Positions 39,101 through 53,199 of a DNA stretch of 64,000 nucleotides are shown here, in pieces. The DNA comes from Tubulanus polymorphus. Taxonomy: Eukaryota; Animalia; Nemertea. The stretch spans positions 10,986,962 to 11,050,961 of the forward strand of contig NC_134034.1 of assembly GCF_964204645.1 (NCBI RefSeq), given 5' to 3'. Below the pieces are notes generated by a model. The model searched no databases, was not told where the DNA came from, and saw nothing but the letters and a program-made list of their open reading frames with translations. How positions within the stretch are numbered: the first letter of the stretch is position 1; each line of letters begins with the position of its first letter. A program made the position numbers and the translations under genes.

Positions 39101-40667
39101 GCATCCAGTATCTGCACCCCTTAAATAGGGCATATCATATAACTTAAAGGAGCTTATGAATTTAAAATTTTTAGGTATCAGTTTAATATTTGGCATTTCC
39201 CTGTAAAATATCAGGGTAATTAAACATTTTAGGGGGAGGGGGCGAGTACGTGCAACCTTCCTGTGTATCCGCCGCTGTGGCGCCCCCTGCATTAAACAAC
39301 TGCCCCTCTGATATTTGTAGCTTCGAAGTTTCCATATTTTTTCCTTCGCGCCCGTTCTCACTTTTATCGTTCATTTATTGCGACGAATTCGACTAATTTT
39401 TTCGTTTTTTTTTCTTTTTCGTTTCTATATTTTCAGCGAATATGATCGGAGTCGTGGTGGGAATATTTATAATCGTGTTTGTTGTTTGTATAGTAGTAGG
39501 ATGGGTGTGGTACGCGTATCGAAATCCTACGTCACGTTCCGGAATGTGGTTGATGGAAGTAAGTATCCATACAGCTGCTGCTGCTGCTGCTGGTATTACT
39601 GTTCCTGATTTTTTGATCCAGTCGCCAACTGTTCCTGATTTTCAGTATTTTGTCCCAAAAAGTGCTGATGCGATTTGTTTTATGGGTACAGAAATATGAA
39701 ACATGTTTTACTGAGGGTCTTAACTGTTGATTACTGATTGATTTGAACAGAAATATGAAAGATGTTACCGAGGGTCTTACTGTTGATTACTGATTAATTT
39801 GAACAGAAATATGAAAGATGTTACCGAGGGTGTTACTGTTGATTACTGATTAATTTGAACAGAAATATGAAAGATGTTACTGAGGATCTTACTGTTGATT
39901 ACTGATTAATTTGAACAGAAATATAAAAGATGTTACTGAGGGTGTTACTGTTGATTACTGATTAATTTGAACAGAAATATGAAAGATGTTACTGAGGGTG
40001 TTACTGTTGATTACTGATTAATTTGAACAGAAATATGAAAGATGTTACTGTGGGTCTTACTGTTGATTACTGATTAATTTGAACAGAAATATGAAAGATG
40101 TTACTGAGGGTGTTACTGTTGATTACTGATTAATTTGAACAGAAATATGAAAGATGTTACTGAGGGTCTTACTGTTGATTACTGATTGATTTGAACAGAA
40201 ATATGAAAGATGTTACTGAGGGTCTTACTGTTGATTACTGATTAATTTGAACAGAAATATGAAAGATGTTACTGTGGGTCTTACCCCCTCGATAACTGAT
40301 AAATTTGAACAGAAATATGAAAGATGTTACTGTGGGTCTTACCCCCTTGATTTCTGATAAATTTGAACAGAAATATGAAAGATGTTACTGAGGGTCTTTC
40401 CCCCTAGATTACTGATTAATTTACGCACAAATATGCTAAAGGAGTCACATCGTCAAAGTGTTTGCGATTCAAAAACGCCACCCATAAAGTATCGAACCAG
40501 TCAGTGTGTCATAGGTCGGTATTGATAACTCTCATGATTTATTTCTATGATTTCAGCACCGTCCAAGTCAGTTAAAAATGAAGATGAAATTCTGGAAACG
40601 CGGCGATTCCGGCGGCGAGAAATACCAAGTGTCGGTCGAACCATCCGGAACGGAGAGCGTGGCGTAA
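24168..40667 (+). CDS. PLXDC2: Plexin domain-containing protein (PLXDC1/2, TEM7/TEM7R-like), multi-exon; signal-peptide exon not identified
   Basis: Exons with GT-AG boundaries and consistent phase: 24168-24550, 24631-24768, 25371-25440, 27463-27585, 28120-28173, 28298-28362, 28489-28591, [29253-29348 or 30788-30883], 31750-31892, 32944-33444, 34576-34594, 35534-35596, 36067-36108, 39437-39558, 40557-40667 (TAA). Family motifs: LSESHR, LSFKFSFYGH..VTIATGGF, LTATQYIAPLMANFD, HPVKVGVSDAF, EYHR; PSI domain CLMQKDCSTCL..CSWC..CSDGMDRKRQLW..GC; TM helix followed by YAYRNPTSRSGMWLMEHRPS; RRKR furin-like site. Confidence 0.93.
24760..25112 (+). repeat. ~30-bp minisatellite containing the exon end plus splice donor (CAGCAGGG|GTGAGTACTC)
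   Basis: About 12 copies, starting inside PLXDC exon 24631-24768. Confidence 0.92.
26880..27400. repeat. Dispersed/tandem family AATCCCCCTATGACATCATC...AAGATGGC; also at 590-850, 37875-38800, 55518-55590 and 63600-63950
   Basis: Shared core in many copies and both orientations. Confidence 0.9.
27600..27930. repeat. ~30-bp intronic repeat with an ATATCATCCAATCAGCA core
   Basis: About 11 copies. Confidence 0.9.
28710..28998. mobile_element. piggyBac-like MITE copy
   Basis: Same internal sequence as 16158-16438; TTAA at the left end. Confidence 0.75.
29253..29348 (+). CDS. PLXDC alternative exon A (FRTRKIQEYHRIEIQGSLIVSGSVIVLNPVP)
   Basis: ttgcag acceptor, gtaaat donor, 96 nt, phase 1-1, contains the EYHR motif. 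Confidence 0.85.
29450..30110. repeat. ~68-bp degenerate tandem repeat (CTCTGAAAATACTTAACTG...GAGCTGTCAACCATC)
   Basis: About 8 copies, lying between the PLXDC alternative exons. Confidence 0.85.
30235..30372 (+). CDS. Possible third, divergent PLXDC alternative exon (QSSLKTEVMCEFRGYLYG...GVKADSTVIFETLH)
   Basis: accacag acceptor, 138 nt open in phase 1-1, weak donor (gttgta, or gtatct 3 nt later), loose similarity to exons A and B at both ends. Confidence 0.4.
30788..30883 (+). CDS. PLXDC alternative exon B (RRTRLIREYHRVALSYKYIVSGAVYVLNPVE)
   Basis: ttgtag acceptor, gtatgt donor, 96 nt, phase 1-1, aligns to exon A without gaps. Confidence 0.88.
31490..31730. repeat. (GAT/AAT)n low-complexity tract
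   Basis: Trinucleotide-rich intronic sequence. Confidence 0.9.
32200..32605. repeat. 40-bp tandem repeat, about 10 copies
   Basis: AATCTGTAAACCTGATAGAAGCGGCCGGTAGAGAGTTTGT. Confidence 0.95.
34845..35111. mobile_element. piggyBac-like MITE nested inside the palindromic GCTGCAGTTG family element
   Basis: TTAA|CCCTTTCCGTGC...GCACTGAAAGGG|TTAA; the flanks match the 11100-11330 element. Confidence 0.8.
37609..37828. mobile_element. hAT-like MITE (GCTGCCAAC...GTTGGCAGCCCTG)
   Basis: Inverted termini; internal segment homologous to the 39620-40430 array. Confidence 0.6.
37875..38800. repeat. ~80-bp tandem repeat, about 11 copies
   Basis: CCTCCATAAATCCCCCTATGACATCATGAAATC...GGTTACCTG. Confidence 0.95.
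39690..40430. repeat. ~56-bp tandem repeat, about 13 copies
   Basis: GAAATATGAAAGATGTTACTGAGGGTCTTACTGTTGATTACTGATTAATTTGAACA. Confidence 0.95.
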
Positions 40668-42243
40668 TAACAGCTCAACACTGTCCCCCCTCCCTATTCC
40701 CCATCTGTTCCCCCTCTCCCCCCCCCCCACGGTTTTCGAGATGTTACTACCGCACTAGTGCTAGTGTTTTACTCATATCGTATTATTGATTAATGTGTAT
40801 AGTTTTGTGTAATATGAAGTTTTTCGACCTTGACCTCTTACTGTTGAATATCGTCTGCCAACGAACAAAACGAAAGCACGTATCATTAATTCCTTACAGA
40901 TCTTATTTCATATATATGTGACGATATTTTTATTCGTTTGAGTTTACAATTTTGTATCGAGACGAGTTGTCTACGAGTCCGCCGAGTCCTGAGACGTCGG
41001 TCATCGATTAAGATCGATATGAGTTTGGATTGGGTCTTATTTCAGGACACCGGTCTTGATTTGTTAGATCAGTTTTAAAACCAAAATGAGCTTAGACTGG
41101 TCTAAAATTGCTAAATTGGTTATAGAACCAAAACGAGCTTAGACTGGTCTTAAGTTGTTGAATTGGTTATAGAACCAAAATGAGTTTAGACTGGTCTTAA
41201 GTTGTTGAATTGGTTATAGAACCAAAATGAGTTTAGACTGGTCCAAGATCTAAGCTTTTTAACCACAAAATGAGTGTAGACTGGGTCTAGGTCTAGGCCA
41301 TATTCGGATTTCTGCTTTTTCACGCTAGCTTTATCGGTAATTTATTTATAGCTTTAATATTTATTAATATATATATATATTTATTATTTATTGTACAGCG
41401 CGTTGAAGAGACGAAACCTCTCTTTCTGCACGCGTTCGAATCTCAGTGTAATTTATAGTTTTTTCGTCCATATTCCAAGCGGTACCTCCGTGCAACGTTT
41501 ACTTATTTCATAATCTTCGTTATGTAAAACATTCCAGATTTAATATTTTCAGGGTCCAGAATCTGATTTCTTTTTTCGTCGAAACGATTCGAATCTCGGT
41601 GATAATTTTACTGAATACATATCACAACTTGATATCCATTATGCTACGAGAGCAGGGTTTATTTTCTACGATACAGATTGGGCACTCTACCCCCAGTTCT
41701 TTCAGATCTCCAGAATCTTTTAGTTATATTTCCGTTCATGTATCGGTTGATTTCGCATTATCGAACTCGGCTTTGAATTAATCGTTGTTTCGATCGACTA
41801 CGAGTCAATTGTAGAATTTAGAGATTCAGTCTACTCCAGAGAATTTTGACACGTAGGGCGTCTGATTTCACGGGCAGTTCATTTTCATAGAAATGTGGAA
41901 ACTTTTTTGAAACGGGGCTCGAAGGTAAAAGGGTCTCATTGTGAAGACCAACATTGTGTCCCCACCCTGATTTAGTTGTTGTGACCCCCACAAGAAGAAT
42001 AACTTTCATTTCCTAAGTAAGCAATGTTGCGAAATGGAGTCTGCCGTCTCATTGAACTTGATTAAAGTAGACTCTTGTATCTGGGGTTGACTGTTATTAA
42101 ATCAGTAATCGCGCTATAAAGCTCGATTCCGACGAAAATTAACTCATGATTTATATTTATACCGCGTTAAGAAATATTCACTTTATCCGCCACGTGGTAT
42201 CAATGTAATATCATAGTAATATTTATTTAATTTGTTCTGTAAA

Positions 42244-42246
<3 letters not shown>

Positions 42247-42318
<72 letters not shown>
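42247..42318. repeat. (TA)n microsatellite
   Basis: Perfect dinucleotide run. Confidence 0.98.
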
Positions 42319-42321
<3 letters not shown>

Positions 42322-44848
42322 TGGTAAATAAAACACCGAGTTTGACTAACTGACCCACCGACTTTTGGAAGCGGTCGAGAGATTGTTTCGGTCGTTTATA
42401 TTTAAAAGATGTAGATTTGATAAACGTTTAAAAAAAATGACTCCGATATCGAAAAAATAATACTAAACCACTCGTAAAGTAGGGGTTCTACCTTATAAAA
42501 TTCGGTTTTGAGACCTCTTTTTCGAAAAAGATTGATTTCTTTATTCGACGTACAACATTTGAAAACGATGATTTGTTGTTTTTAAGCGAGATTTTATGTA
42601 ACATTTTGATTATTGAGTGGAGATGATTAATTATTAATTTATGCGGAGAGGACGGTTGCTCCTCCCTGATTTATGTAGATGATGTGCTGTAGAGGTTCGA
42701 GTTCTTTTCACAAAGTTTTGTCCGACGACGAACAAAACGATGTGAATGTTTTTATCTTATGGGTGACCGTTTAAAGTCAGACACGGATCCAGGGCACTTT
42801 TTCCACCCGCACTCTAAAGATACCAGTCTGTAACGCAATATTTAGCTAACATTATCTTAAATGTCCCTCAAGTGCCTAAAAATTCTATGAAAATGCGCTG
42901 GAATTTCTAAATTTTCCAGACCCTTGATTTGGCTGCGTGGATACTTGCCCTTTTCATTTATCTTTGTGCTCCGGTTAAAGTCTGCCCCTGGATCCTCGCC
43001 CCTGACTGAGTTGATCAGTACGGAGTTCGAATTCCGACTGCGGCAAGCGAGTGTGCATATTATTGTTGAATATTGTGATACGAAACGAATATGAATTTTA
43101 GGTATTTGTTGTAAATAGAAACGATGGCATAAATCGAGAAGACAATTATTCGAAATTGTCCGCGAATACAATTGTGCATCTCAGTTCCACAGTTCCATGA
43201 TCCACAACCCAGTTCCATGGTTATAGGTTCAACCCCATGTTAAAATGAGTCCAATATTTCGTATTCAATTCTAAGGATAAAAAAAAGGATACAAAAACTG
43301 ATAGCTTGTTTCTCATTTCTACTGAGTTTTAAAGTTGACACAGCCGGCCGCCTATATACCTTGTACATTACCTTTTCAAAAATTAAGATCAAGCTAACAG
43401 CGGGAGGGTTACTTTATCAGACCAGGCTGCTACAGAAATGAACTGATCAATTTCATCGCAGTTTACTAAGTTACCCGGCCGGATTTGAAGAAACGAGGTA
43501 TCATGTTTTAACCTAAACAGTTGAAAAATGAAACCCTGACAGTGTGGAATCAAATTCTGGGTGTGGAACCGGTTTCTGGATGTGGAACCAGTTTCTTGGT
43601 GTGGAACTGGTGTTTGTGGATGAATATGCCTGTGACTGTATTATTTTCGGTGTAATTTACTATCAATCAATTTATATTCATTTGTATTAATTGCGTGTGT
43701 TTTTTCTCTAACGAATCATCACTGATCATTTGACTGCAGTTTTTACAAACATTCGACGAAATTCATTCTTTGAAATGAGACAAAAAAATCAAATCGATAC
43801 TCAATTTGTCGCCTGCCATATCACGCACAATTCTGATGAATACTTAATTGTCAATTCTTGTATGAGGGCACCTCGCATCATGAGGGCACCTCAGTTCGAC
43901 AGCTGTGATTTGAAAATCCCGAGGTTGGATTAAGAAATGAAGCAGATTTTAGATTACCCTGTCTGGATTTTATACAGTCAAAACTGCATAAGTTGTCATC
44001 AGATACAAGTCATCGCATTGCTTTATTGTAACCGCTAATTTTGTCCCCCGATTCGTAATTCCAATTCAATTTGCTCTAAGTCTAAGTTGTGATTTGGATA
44101 AGTCATCAACGTATGATGACTCTCCAGACTACAGCGAGCTTTAGTTTCGAAATGGCGAATGATTCTTGTCATTTTACCGTCAAACCGTCAATGGTTCGGT
44201 TCATATGAACCATCTGCCCCTCGCGTAGAAATTCTACTGAAATATAACATTCCTTAATCGTAAACATATCACTTACAGTCGTTTTTGTCAATGAAATCAA
44301 CATTTCAGTTTTTGAAGGAATAAATTTCGGGACATTTTTCTCTTGTATCTGTTTTTATCCATGATAAACAGATCCTTGAATATAATATGATATTTTTGTT
44401 AGCATCAGTGATCGCCATTGCCACTGGTCTTCTTCGTAATGTATATCTGTTAAATCCTATTCGTGTGACCTCACCTGATTAAGAAATTATTGTATAAAAA
44501 CAACCTTTTACACTAAGAAAAATTTAATTATGACTTGATTGGAAAATCTATCAATGAATCATGAAACGAATTATGGAATTATAATTTATTAATATTAATA
44601 TTGAATTAGATATATTTATTGTGATTATAATTATGATTTATTTAATTATTAATTGTATGTAAATTATTATTAATTATAATGATAGTATTGTGTATTGCAC
44701 TGTGGGTGTGTGTAATTAGTTGGTCATCAATAATATTTCTATGATAATAAATAAATCTTTGATATCCATTGTTAACAATAAATTGAATTGTTGTTTTATT
44801 TATCTGGTGCTGGCTTCCCGTACGACAATAAGTAAGGCATGAGTGTCC

Positions 44849-45474
44849 GGCGCTATTGCACTTTCGTACCCCCCTCCCAAAAGTTTTTATTTCAGCATAT
44901 TTATTATCAGGGAGGTCTGTAGAGTCAAAATAAATTACTTTTGACCAAAAAAAAAAATTTTTTCCAAGCCAAAATTCTGATAATTTGGGGTCGATTTCCT
45001 CGATTCAAACCGACGGGTCGGCCATGTTTCGGCACTAATTACCACCTAAAAACATCTGAATAAATATATCTCAATAAATGGAATTGAATTGAATTGACAT
45101 GATTTCGTTTTTGGGTACATAACTTTTCTTCATCAGGACATCTTTAAATCAATAGCTAAGTATGAAAATAATGCAATCATACGCGTTATTTTCAGAGATG
45201 GTTATGTTTGAAAACATGGTTTTTTGCAAAGTTTTTATGTCATGACATTTCAGTGGAGGGTTAGCAACTTTGATTGACTTCCAATATGGCGTTGTTGACG
45301 TCGCAAATCGGCGAATTTACACGCGATTTAGGGCCCAAAATAACAAAATTTTAACCTAGAAAAAGTAAGTTTTTTGGATCAAAAGTTACTGATTTTGAAT
45401 CTCTAGACCTCCCTGATAATAAATATGCAGAAATAAAAATTTTTGGGAGGGGGGTACGAAAGTGCAATAGCGCC
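44849..45474. mobile_element. Non-autonomous Mutator/MULE-like element with ~110-bp TIRs and a 9-bp TSD
   Basis: TIR GGCGCTATTGCACTTTCGTACCCCCCTCCCAAAA...; TSD TGAGTGTCC at 44840-44848 and 45475-45483. Confidence 0.9.
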
Positions 45475-46185
45475 TGAGTGTCCCAGGTCCGAACTCGATC
45501 TTCGGCTTAGTTCAAAGAAATTACACCAAGTGGCAGCACCATACGGTTCCCTGGCGGAGCTTCTCGGAACTAATCTAATGCCACCTGCAAACGACCTTCG
45601 GATAGAATTCTGAATGTTTTATTAACCTGAACCAGGTGGCAGCACCGTACGGTCACCTAGCGGAATTTCTGTGAACTAATAAAAAAATGAGTGTAGACTG
45701 GTTACCGGTGTCAATTATTGAATGGGACAGGCAACCAGTCTAGTCAATCGTAAGAATTAGCAGAACATGGCGTCACAGGCCCAAGGGCTTGTCACGCCAT
45801 ATGTGATATGGCGTCACAGCGCGGCGTCACAAGCCCCGAAAAAATGCAGACTATATGTACTTCACGCGGAACGAAGATATATGGTCGCGTCGAACGGACC
45901 ACGTTTTTAAGTCCAATTATACGGCGTGTAAAACCTGAAGAGATAAATTCAAGTACCGGTATGTCAATGTGAAATGAATTTCTATTTGTTGTTAATTCAT
46001 AAGTAAATAAATTATTATTATTATTATTATAAAATTATTGTCTAAATTTATACGCAGTAGGCCTACCGGTACTTTCAACAAATTTTTGCATGATACGTTA
46101 TTTTGAAGTATTCTTCAGTGGAACCACTTTGAAAGAAAATTATATCCCGTTTTTACTTCATAACTATGAGTCAGTTATGCATATA

Positions 46186-46947
46186 CAGTCATACCTCGAT
46201 TTAACGCCCCCCGATTCACCGCCAAGCTCCAACCTCGCCTACCGCCTGGATTTCATGGGAAACTGAACATTCGTATCTAAAATGTACAGGAAAATCCCGA
46301 TTTACCGCCCCTTGCATACCGCCACCGCCAACGTAATCTCCTAGCACAATCCTATTACAATATATTTCCCGATTTAACGCCATCGTAAAAGTTGAGTAAC
46401 TTGATCTTTAATAATATTACGATACGCCACCATAAAACAATACCAATTACCTCGTTCATCGACCCGATGACCTCACTTTGTTGCAAGTCTAATATTAGCC
46501 CTCCAGTAAGGTACGGTAATTAAAACTATTTCATTAGATGGCACCGACACAATTGAAATAACGGTAAAAGAAAAACGGGAGGAATAAAGATCCATCGCAA
46601 TAGAAAATAGCTGACCATTATTTTCCATTCAGAGGAATGTGATTTGCAGCGATACCTGGTATTTGCAGGTGGCGTACAGTGGCGTGTCTATTTACGAATC
46701 GATGCAGCGATTGTTAGTATGAACAATCAATGTTGCATGTGAGATGATGTACCCCGATGTTTATTATGGAAGAAAGTTTTTAATTGTAAAAGGATGTTTT
46801 TTCTTTATTCATCACATCAATAAACACCGTAGCCTACTGAGCAGATCGGTTAGTTATTTAAGTGACTCGACATTAACCGCGATTTACGCCACACTCTACC
46901 GCCAAAATCAGGAATCCCCAGGGTGGCGTTGAATCGAGGTATGACTG
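46186..46947. mobile_element. Tc1/mariner-pogo (Tigger-like) non-autonomous element
   Basis: TA|CAGTCATACCTCGATTTAACGCC ... GGCGTTGAATCGAGGTATGACTG|TA; 23-bp TIR with one mismatch. Confidence 0.88.
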
Positions 46948-48469
46948 TATATCATATGCATATCGAAAGATTTTTATGCCAAATTGTTCGAATATGTTTT
47001 TTACAGATTGCCGTTGGTGCGAGACGCCGATCAGAAGATCATCATGCAGCTAGACCAAAAGCGATTTTTTAAATATCTTACATAACAAAATAAAAACAAT
47101 GATTTATAAGAAAAACAATCCTTTGTAATTAATCATGTAATGACGCCATATGCAGCAGGTTGCCCTGGATGGAATATCTGGACATTAGAAACGACTAAAG
47201 AACTTCTCGTAGCCCCTGGCGGCGGTTCCTCCTCACTAGTAAAACGATTGTAACTCGGAGACCTATGATTTACTAATTATTTACTTCGGTTGATCCTCCG
47301 ATTGCATGAATATGATCGTAATTATTATCAATTAATGATAGTATTGTGTATTGCACTGTGGGTGTGTGTAAATTGTTGGTCATCAACAATATTTTTATGA
47401 TAATAAATAAATCTTTGATATCCATTGTTAACAAAAAATTGAATTGTTGTTTTATTTGTCTGGTTCTGGCTTCTCGTACGACAATAAGTAAGACAATGAG
47501 TGTCCCAGGTTCGAACCCTATTTTCGGCTTAGTTCAAAGAAACTACACCTGGTGGCAGCACCATACGGCGCCCTGGTGGAGCTTTTCAGAACTAATCTAA
47601 TGCCACCTACAAACGACCTTCGGATAGAATTATGAATATTTTTGTTAACCTGAAGCAGGTGGCAGCACCGTACGGTCACCTAGCGGAATTTCTGTGAACT
47701 AATAAAAGAAAATTTGCATACTATTCGGACTTTAGAAACGACTGTGGAACTTCTCGTAGCCCCTAGCGGCGGTTTTCCTAACTAGTAAAACAACTGTACG
47801 ACTGCTCCTCGTTCCCTTCCTCTGGTTAATCCTCAGATTGCATAAATATGCTCGAAAATACAGTAATAAGTCACTGATTGAAATACGATACATGACATTT
47901 ATTTACTTTCAAAACTTTCTGACATGATTATAAAAATGCATAGATTGTAAATAGCGGTAAATCTTTCATCGTAAATATCAATTTATACACGCAGTTAACT
48001 CCGGAAAATACATTAGAAAATTAGAAAAATCATTTTGTTTTTGTCTGAATTAGTAAAAAATTTGAGTCGGGGGAGGTTTACTGCATAACTTATTGCGACT
48101 ATAATATAAAAAGAAGATCGCCACAGCAATTAATACTGTTTTACTGAACACTTACAATCACAGAGTTATAACTGGAATATCCAACATCACCGTCCACTGA
48201 TACCCTAAAGTTTGTAAAATGTAAAATACAATTAACACCTTCGCTGCCAGCTTGATGATACAGTGCTGCCCCCTAGTGCCACTACGAATATACCAGTAGG
48301 TTGGCACTGGAGTAAATGTAGCCAGCAGCGAACGTCTGACGTTAAAGCTTTACGGTTCATAGTTGGTTAACGTAAAATTTTGATTCATTGATATGATTCA
48401 CTGCTCACTAAGATCGTACTAATAACATTTGCTATATCCCTCGATAGATCACATTCTGAGGTAGATATT

Positions 48470-50059
48470 CTAGTTGGTATCGGAAACGTTGTAATAGTCG
48501 ACGTGATCTCCCGTTTCAAACGTGTCGCGTTCTAGAACTAGCACCAAACGTCGAGCGGAATCCATCGGGCTTAACAGACCTCCCTTCTCAAACATATCTG
48601 AAATAAAATCGTAATCAAAAATCTCACCAAAAAACCTTTTCATGTATTAACACTTTGCAGAGTCCCATCCCAGTTCATGAGTAATCTAAGATTCAAGGTT
48701 TATTTTTCAAAATCCTACCGTTAAAGCCTTGTTTCAGATCATTATCAGCCGAATCACAACGCGCTTGTTTGTGCATATCGGTATCGAGTGGTCCCGGCGC
48801 GTAATTCAAAACTCGTAAACTCGAATCCTCGGCCGCGAGCGTCCGGAAAAACATCTCACGAGCCGCTTTACCTGCAAGTAAACAAATAAATTAATTCTTC
48901 AAACTAGACTGCGATGTAACAGCCGCTCTGATTTGTGCATAACCAAGGTCTGATTTAAGCACTTGTCCGATTGCCCGGGACAAGTACGTGTATATTCTAA
49001 TCAGGGCAAGTAGGTTATCATTATCACTTGTCCACCGCGCTAGTGAAATTCAATGTCAGAAAACTTTTTTCCCACTCGATACAACGGATGATGGTGCCAC
49101 CAATCAGACTGCCTGTATAGGGCAAGTAGTTTTTGGAGGGGGCAAGCGAAATTTCAGATATGCTTGCCCCCCCCCCCCCCCCCCCCCGGGCAAGTGGCTT
49201 TCATTCCTTTGATCGGACCCTGATCACCATAAGCAAGGTTACATAATTCTTTAAATCCATGCAGTCTTATTCTTAAAATAATCCCTTCTTTCTATGATTT
49301 CTAGAATCTGGATGTTTAATCATAAACAACTATGTGAATGTCAAAAAAATTTGATAAATGGTTGGATGATTCCAGTATCTAACCTACACAGGGCTGGCGG
49401 CTCAAATCGGCACAAGGCATTAAAATTTGCACCTATTTTTCAAAGGGTTCAGGGTCGTCCCCGGAGAAATCTCTTTCAAATGGATGCATTTCACAAGTGA
49501 AAGGCACTCGAGTCCCATAATACTCACCGGTGCAATAAAGTGACCATGATTTGTACGGCTGAACCGCGCTAGATGATGAGATATTGACAATAATTCTACG
49601 ACTGACAGTCGACTTCGAAAACTTCTCTAGAAATATCGAATTCAACACGATACATGACGTTAGATTCAAACTCCAGTATGACTGAAGTTCGGATGAATCG
49701 TTGAATTCACGAGCGTGTTTCGTGATATCGCCTAAACTGGCCGCATTATGGATCAATATCGCTTGTTCGTAACTATCAGCACCGTCGCTCTCTAAAACCC
49801 CGTCAAATACAGCCCTCAGTTCACCGCCATCAGCTGATCCCAGATTTATACCGGCGACGGTAACGCCCCCTGGAGGTAGACCCTTTATTTCGGCCTTCGT
49901 TTGCTCTAACCCGTCGCGATTTCGAGCCAGTAAGAGTACATGCGACCCGGCACCGATTTTTTCCGTCAGGCAAAGAGCTATAGCGCGTCCCAGACCTTTA
50001 CTGGCGCCCGTTACAGCCACTAATGTCTTCAAGCCATTCTTCAAGCCGCACGACGCCAT
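48470..50059 (-). CDS. SPR: Sepiapterin reductase paralog B (SDR family)
   Basis: Exons 50059-49528, 48871-48719, 48597-48470 (TAG). Motifs [42 protein letters not shown]. Confidence 0.93.
48944..49222. mobile_element. hAT-like MITE in SPR-B intron 1
   Basis: CAAGGTCTGAT / ATCGGACCCTG termini with internal GGGCAAGT repeats; absent from the SPR-A intron; no clear TSD. Confidence 0.55.
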
Positions 50060-51052
50060 ATTGAATATTTAGTGCGTAGAAACCCCGTTAGGGCACCGTG
50101 AGGTGCTGCCACCTAGTTCACGTGAGAGTGACTACTGTCGAGGGTGAAGAATGTATGGAAAAATGAAATTATTATGAAACTTGTACTGATTTTTCCTTGC
50201 TGTAACAAGAAATGAATGAATCTTAAACTTGTTTTTTTCAAGATAGATTCAATTCCCACCATCAAAAGGGCTTCGCTAGTTCAAACACATCTGATTATAT
50301 TTGTGTTAATAGGTCATTTAGACAACGTATTTCAAGTTCGAATAGTAATTAGAAACGACTGTAAGACTGTTGTACATTATGGAATAGCTGAAGGGCCATT
50401 GCCAGTTGCTAGTTGCAAAAAAGCGAAGTTTTATAAACAAATGAACAAAACATAACTTTTATTTGTGAAAATATCGATATCCAATATCAGAAACAATTGC
50501 TGAAATATGTTCCTGGCGCGTGCCTTCATCGCTTCCATACCAAATATCTTATCTCCTCGACAAATCCTCCGATTGCATCATTATGAATGAAATATAGTAA
50601 TAAGTAACTGATTGTTAATCAAAATACATAGGCCTAAATCTTTTTATTTTCAAAACTTAAAATACCTCACGATTCATAAATTATAAATAAATCTTTTTTT
50701 CTTAAATAAAATGGAATAATATATAAGGCTTTTTATTTAAGCAACTCGAATCAACACGGATCGAAATGCCGATTTATTTAAGCAACGCGCCTACAACGAT
50801 TTGCCTACATTTGTATGAATCATATGATTTAAAAAACCAATTATCAACACAATTAATACTGTTCTACTAACACAACACTGATAATCACACTAATGACTGG
50901 AATGGTATCAAATATTTCGTTCAGAACGGCACCTACAGGTTGGCACATGATTTATTTGTAGTCGCCAACATTTTGGCTTTAAATTCAGCTGACTGGCATA
51001 ATTGAATATTGCGTATTGTATCTGTTGGAAGCGGTTTCTCTTTGTCGATAGA

Positions 51053-52673
<1,621 letters not shown>

Positions 52674-53199
52674 CTTGACAGCAATTTGGGCAATGTTAAA
52701 CTGATGTCAAACCGAAGTAGTACCGGTCCGAAAAAACAAAATGGCGGCTTTTTGAACTGTAGAAAGGGTCTATTGAATTGGTCCAGGTTTAGGGTAAAAG
52801 GGTCCAGAGGATAAGTGACAAGTAGCTTCTTGACACAGATGTTTAAATTTCCCCATAATAGATTCTTACGTAATTGTTCAACCACCGTAGTCAACAAAAT
52901 GTCAACAAAATATTTCTCGATTGTATCAAATTTTTAAATTAAGTACAAGAGTTTTCAGTATTTTCTTGTTTTCTTTCTGCATTTTGTTGTCAAGAGCAAA
53001 TAATGTCAACAATATATTACTACTGTGCAATAGAGATACTGATTTGAATTGGATTTAAATTGTATTTACTACCGCGTCGGCGTAACAAAGTCATCATATT
53101 CACGTCACGTGACCACTTCCTCGATTTCGAGTTGTGTAAAAAAAAATCCACGGTGCGATTTCCCTTTCAATCAGCCGTCGCTGCTAATTGATTATTCAG
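52674..53199. promoter_or_regulatory. Probable bidirectional promoter between SPR-A and UBE2D
   Basis: Head-to-head genes ~0.5 kb apart; YY1-like AAAATGGCGGC near 52738, palindromic GTCACGTGAC E-box at 53104-53113, adjacent ETS-like CACTTCC. Confidence 0.6.
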
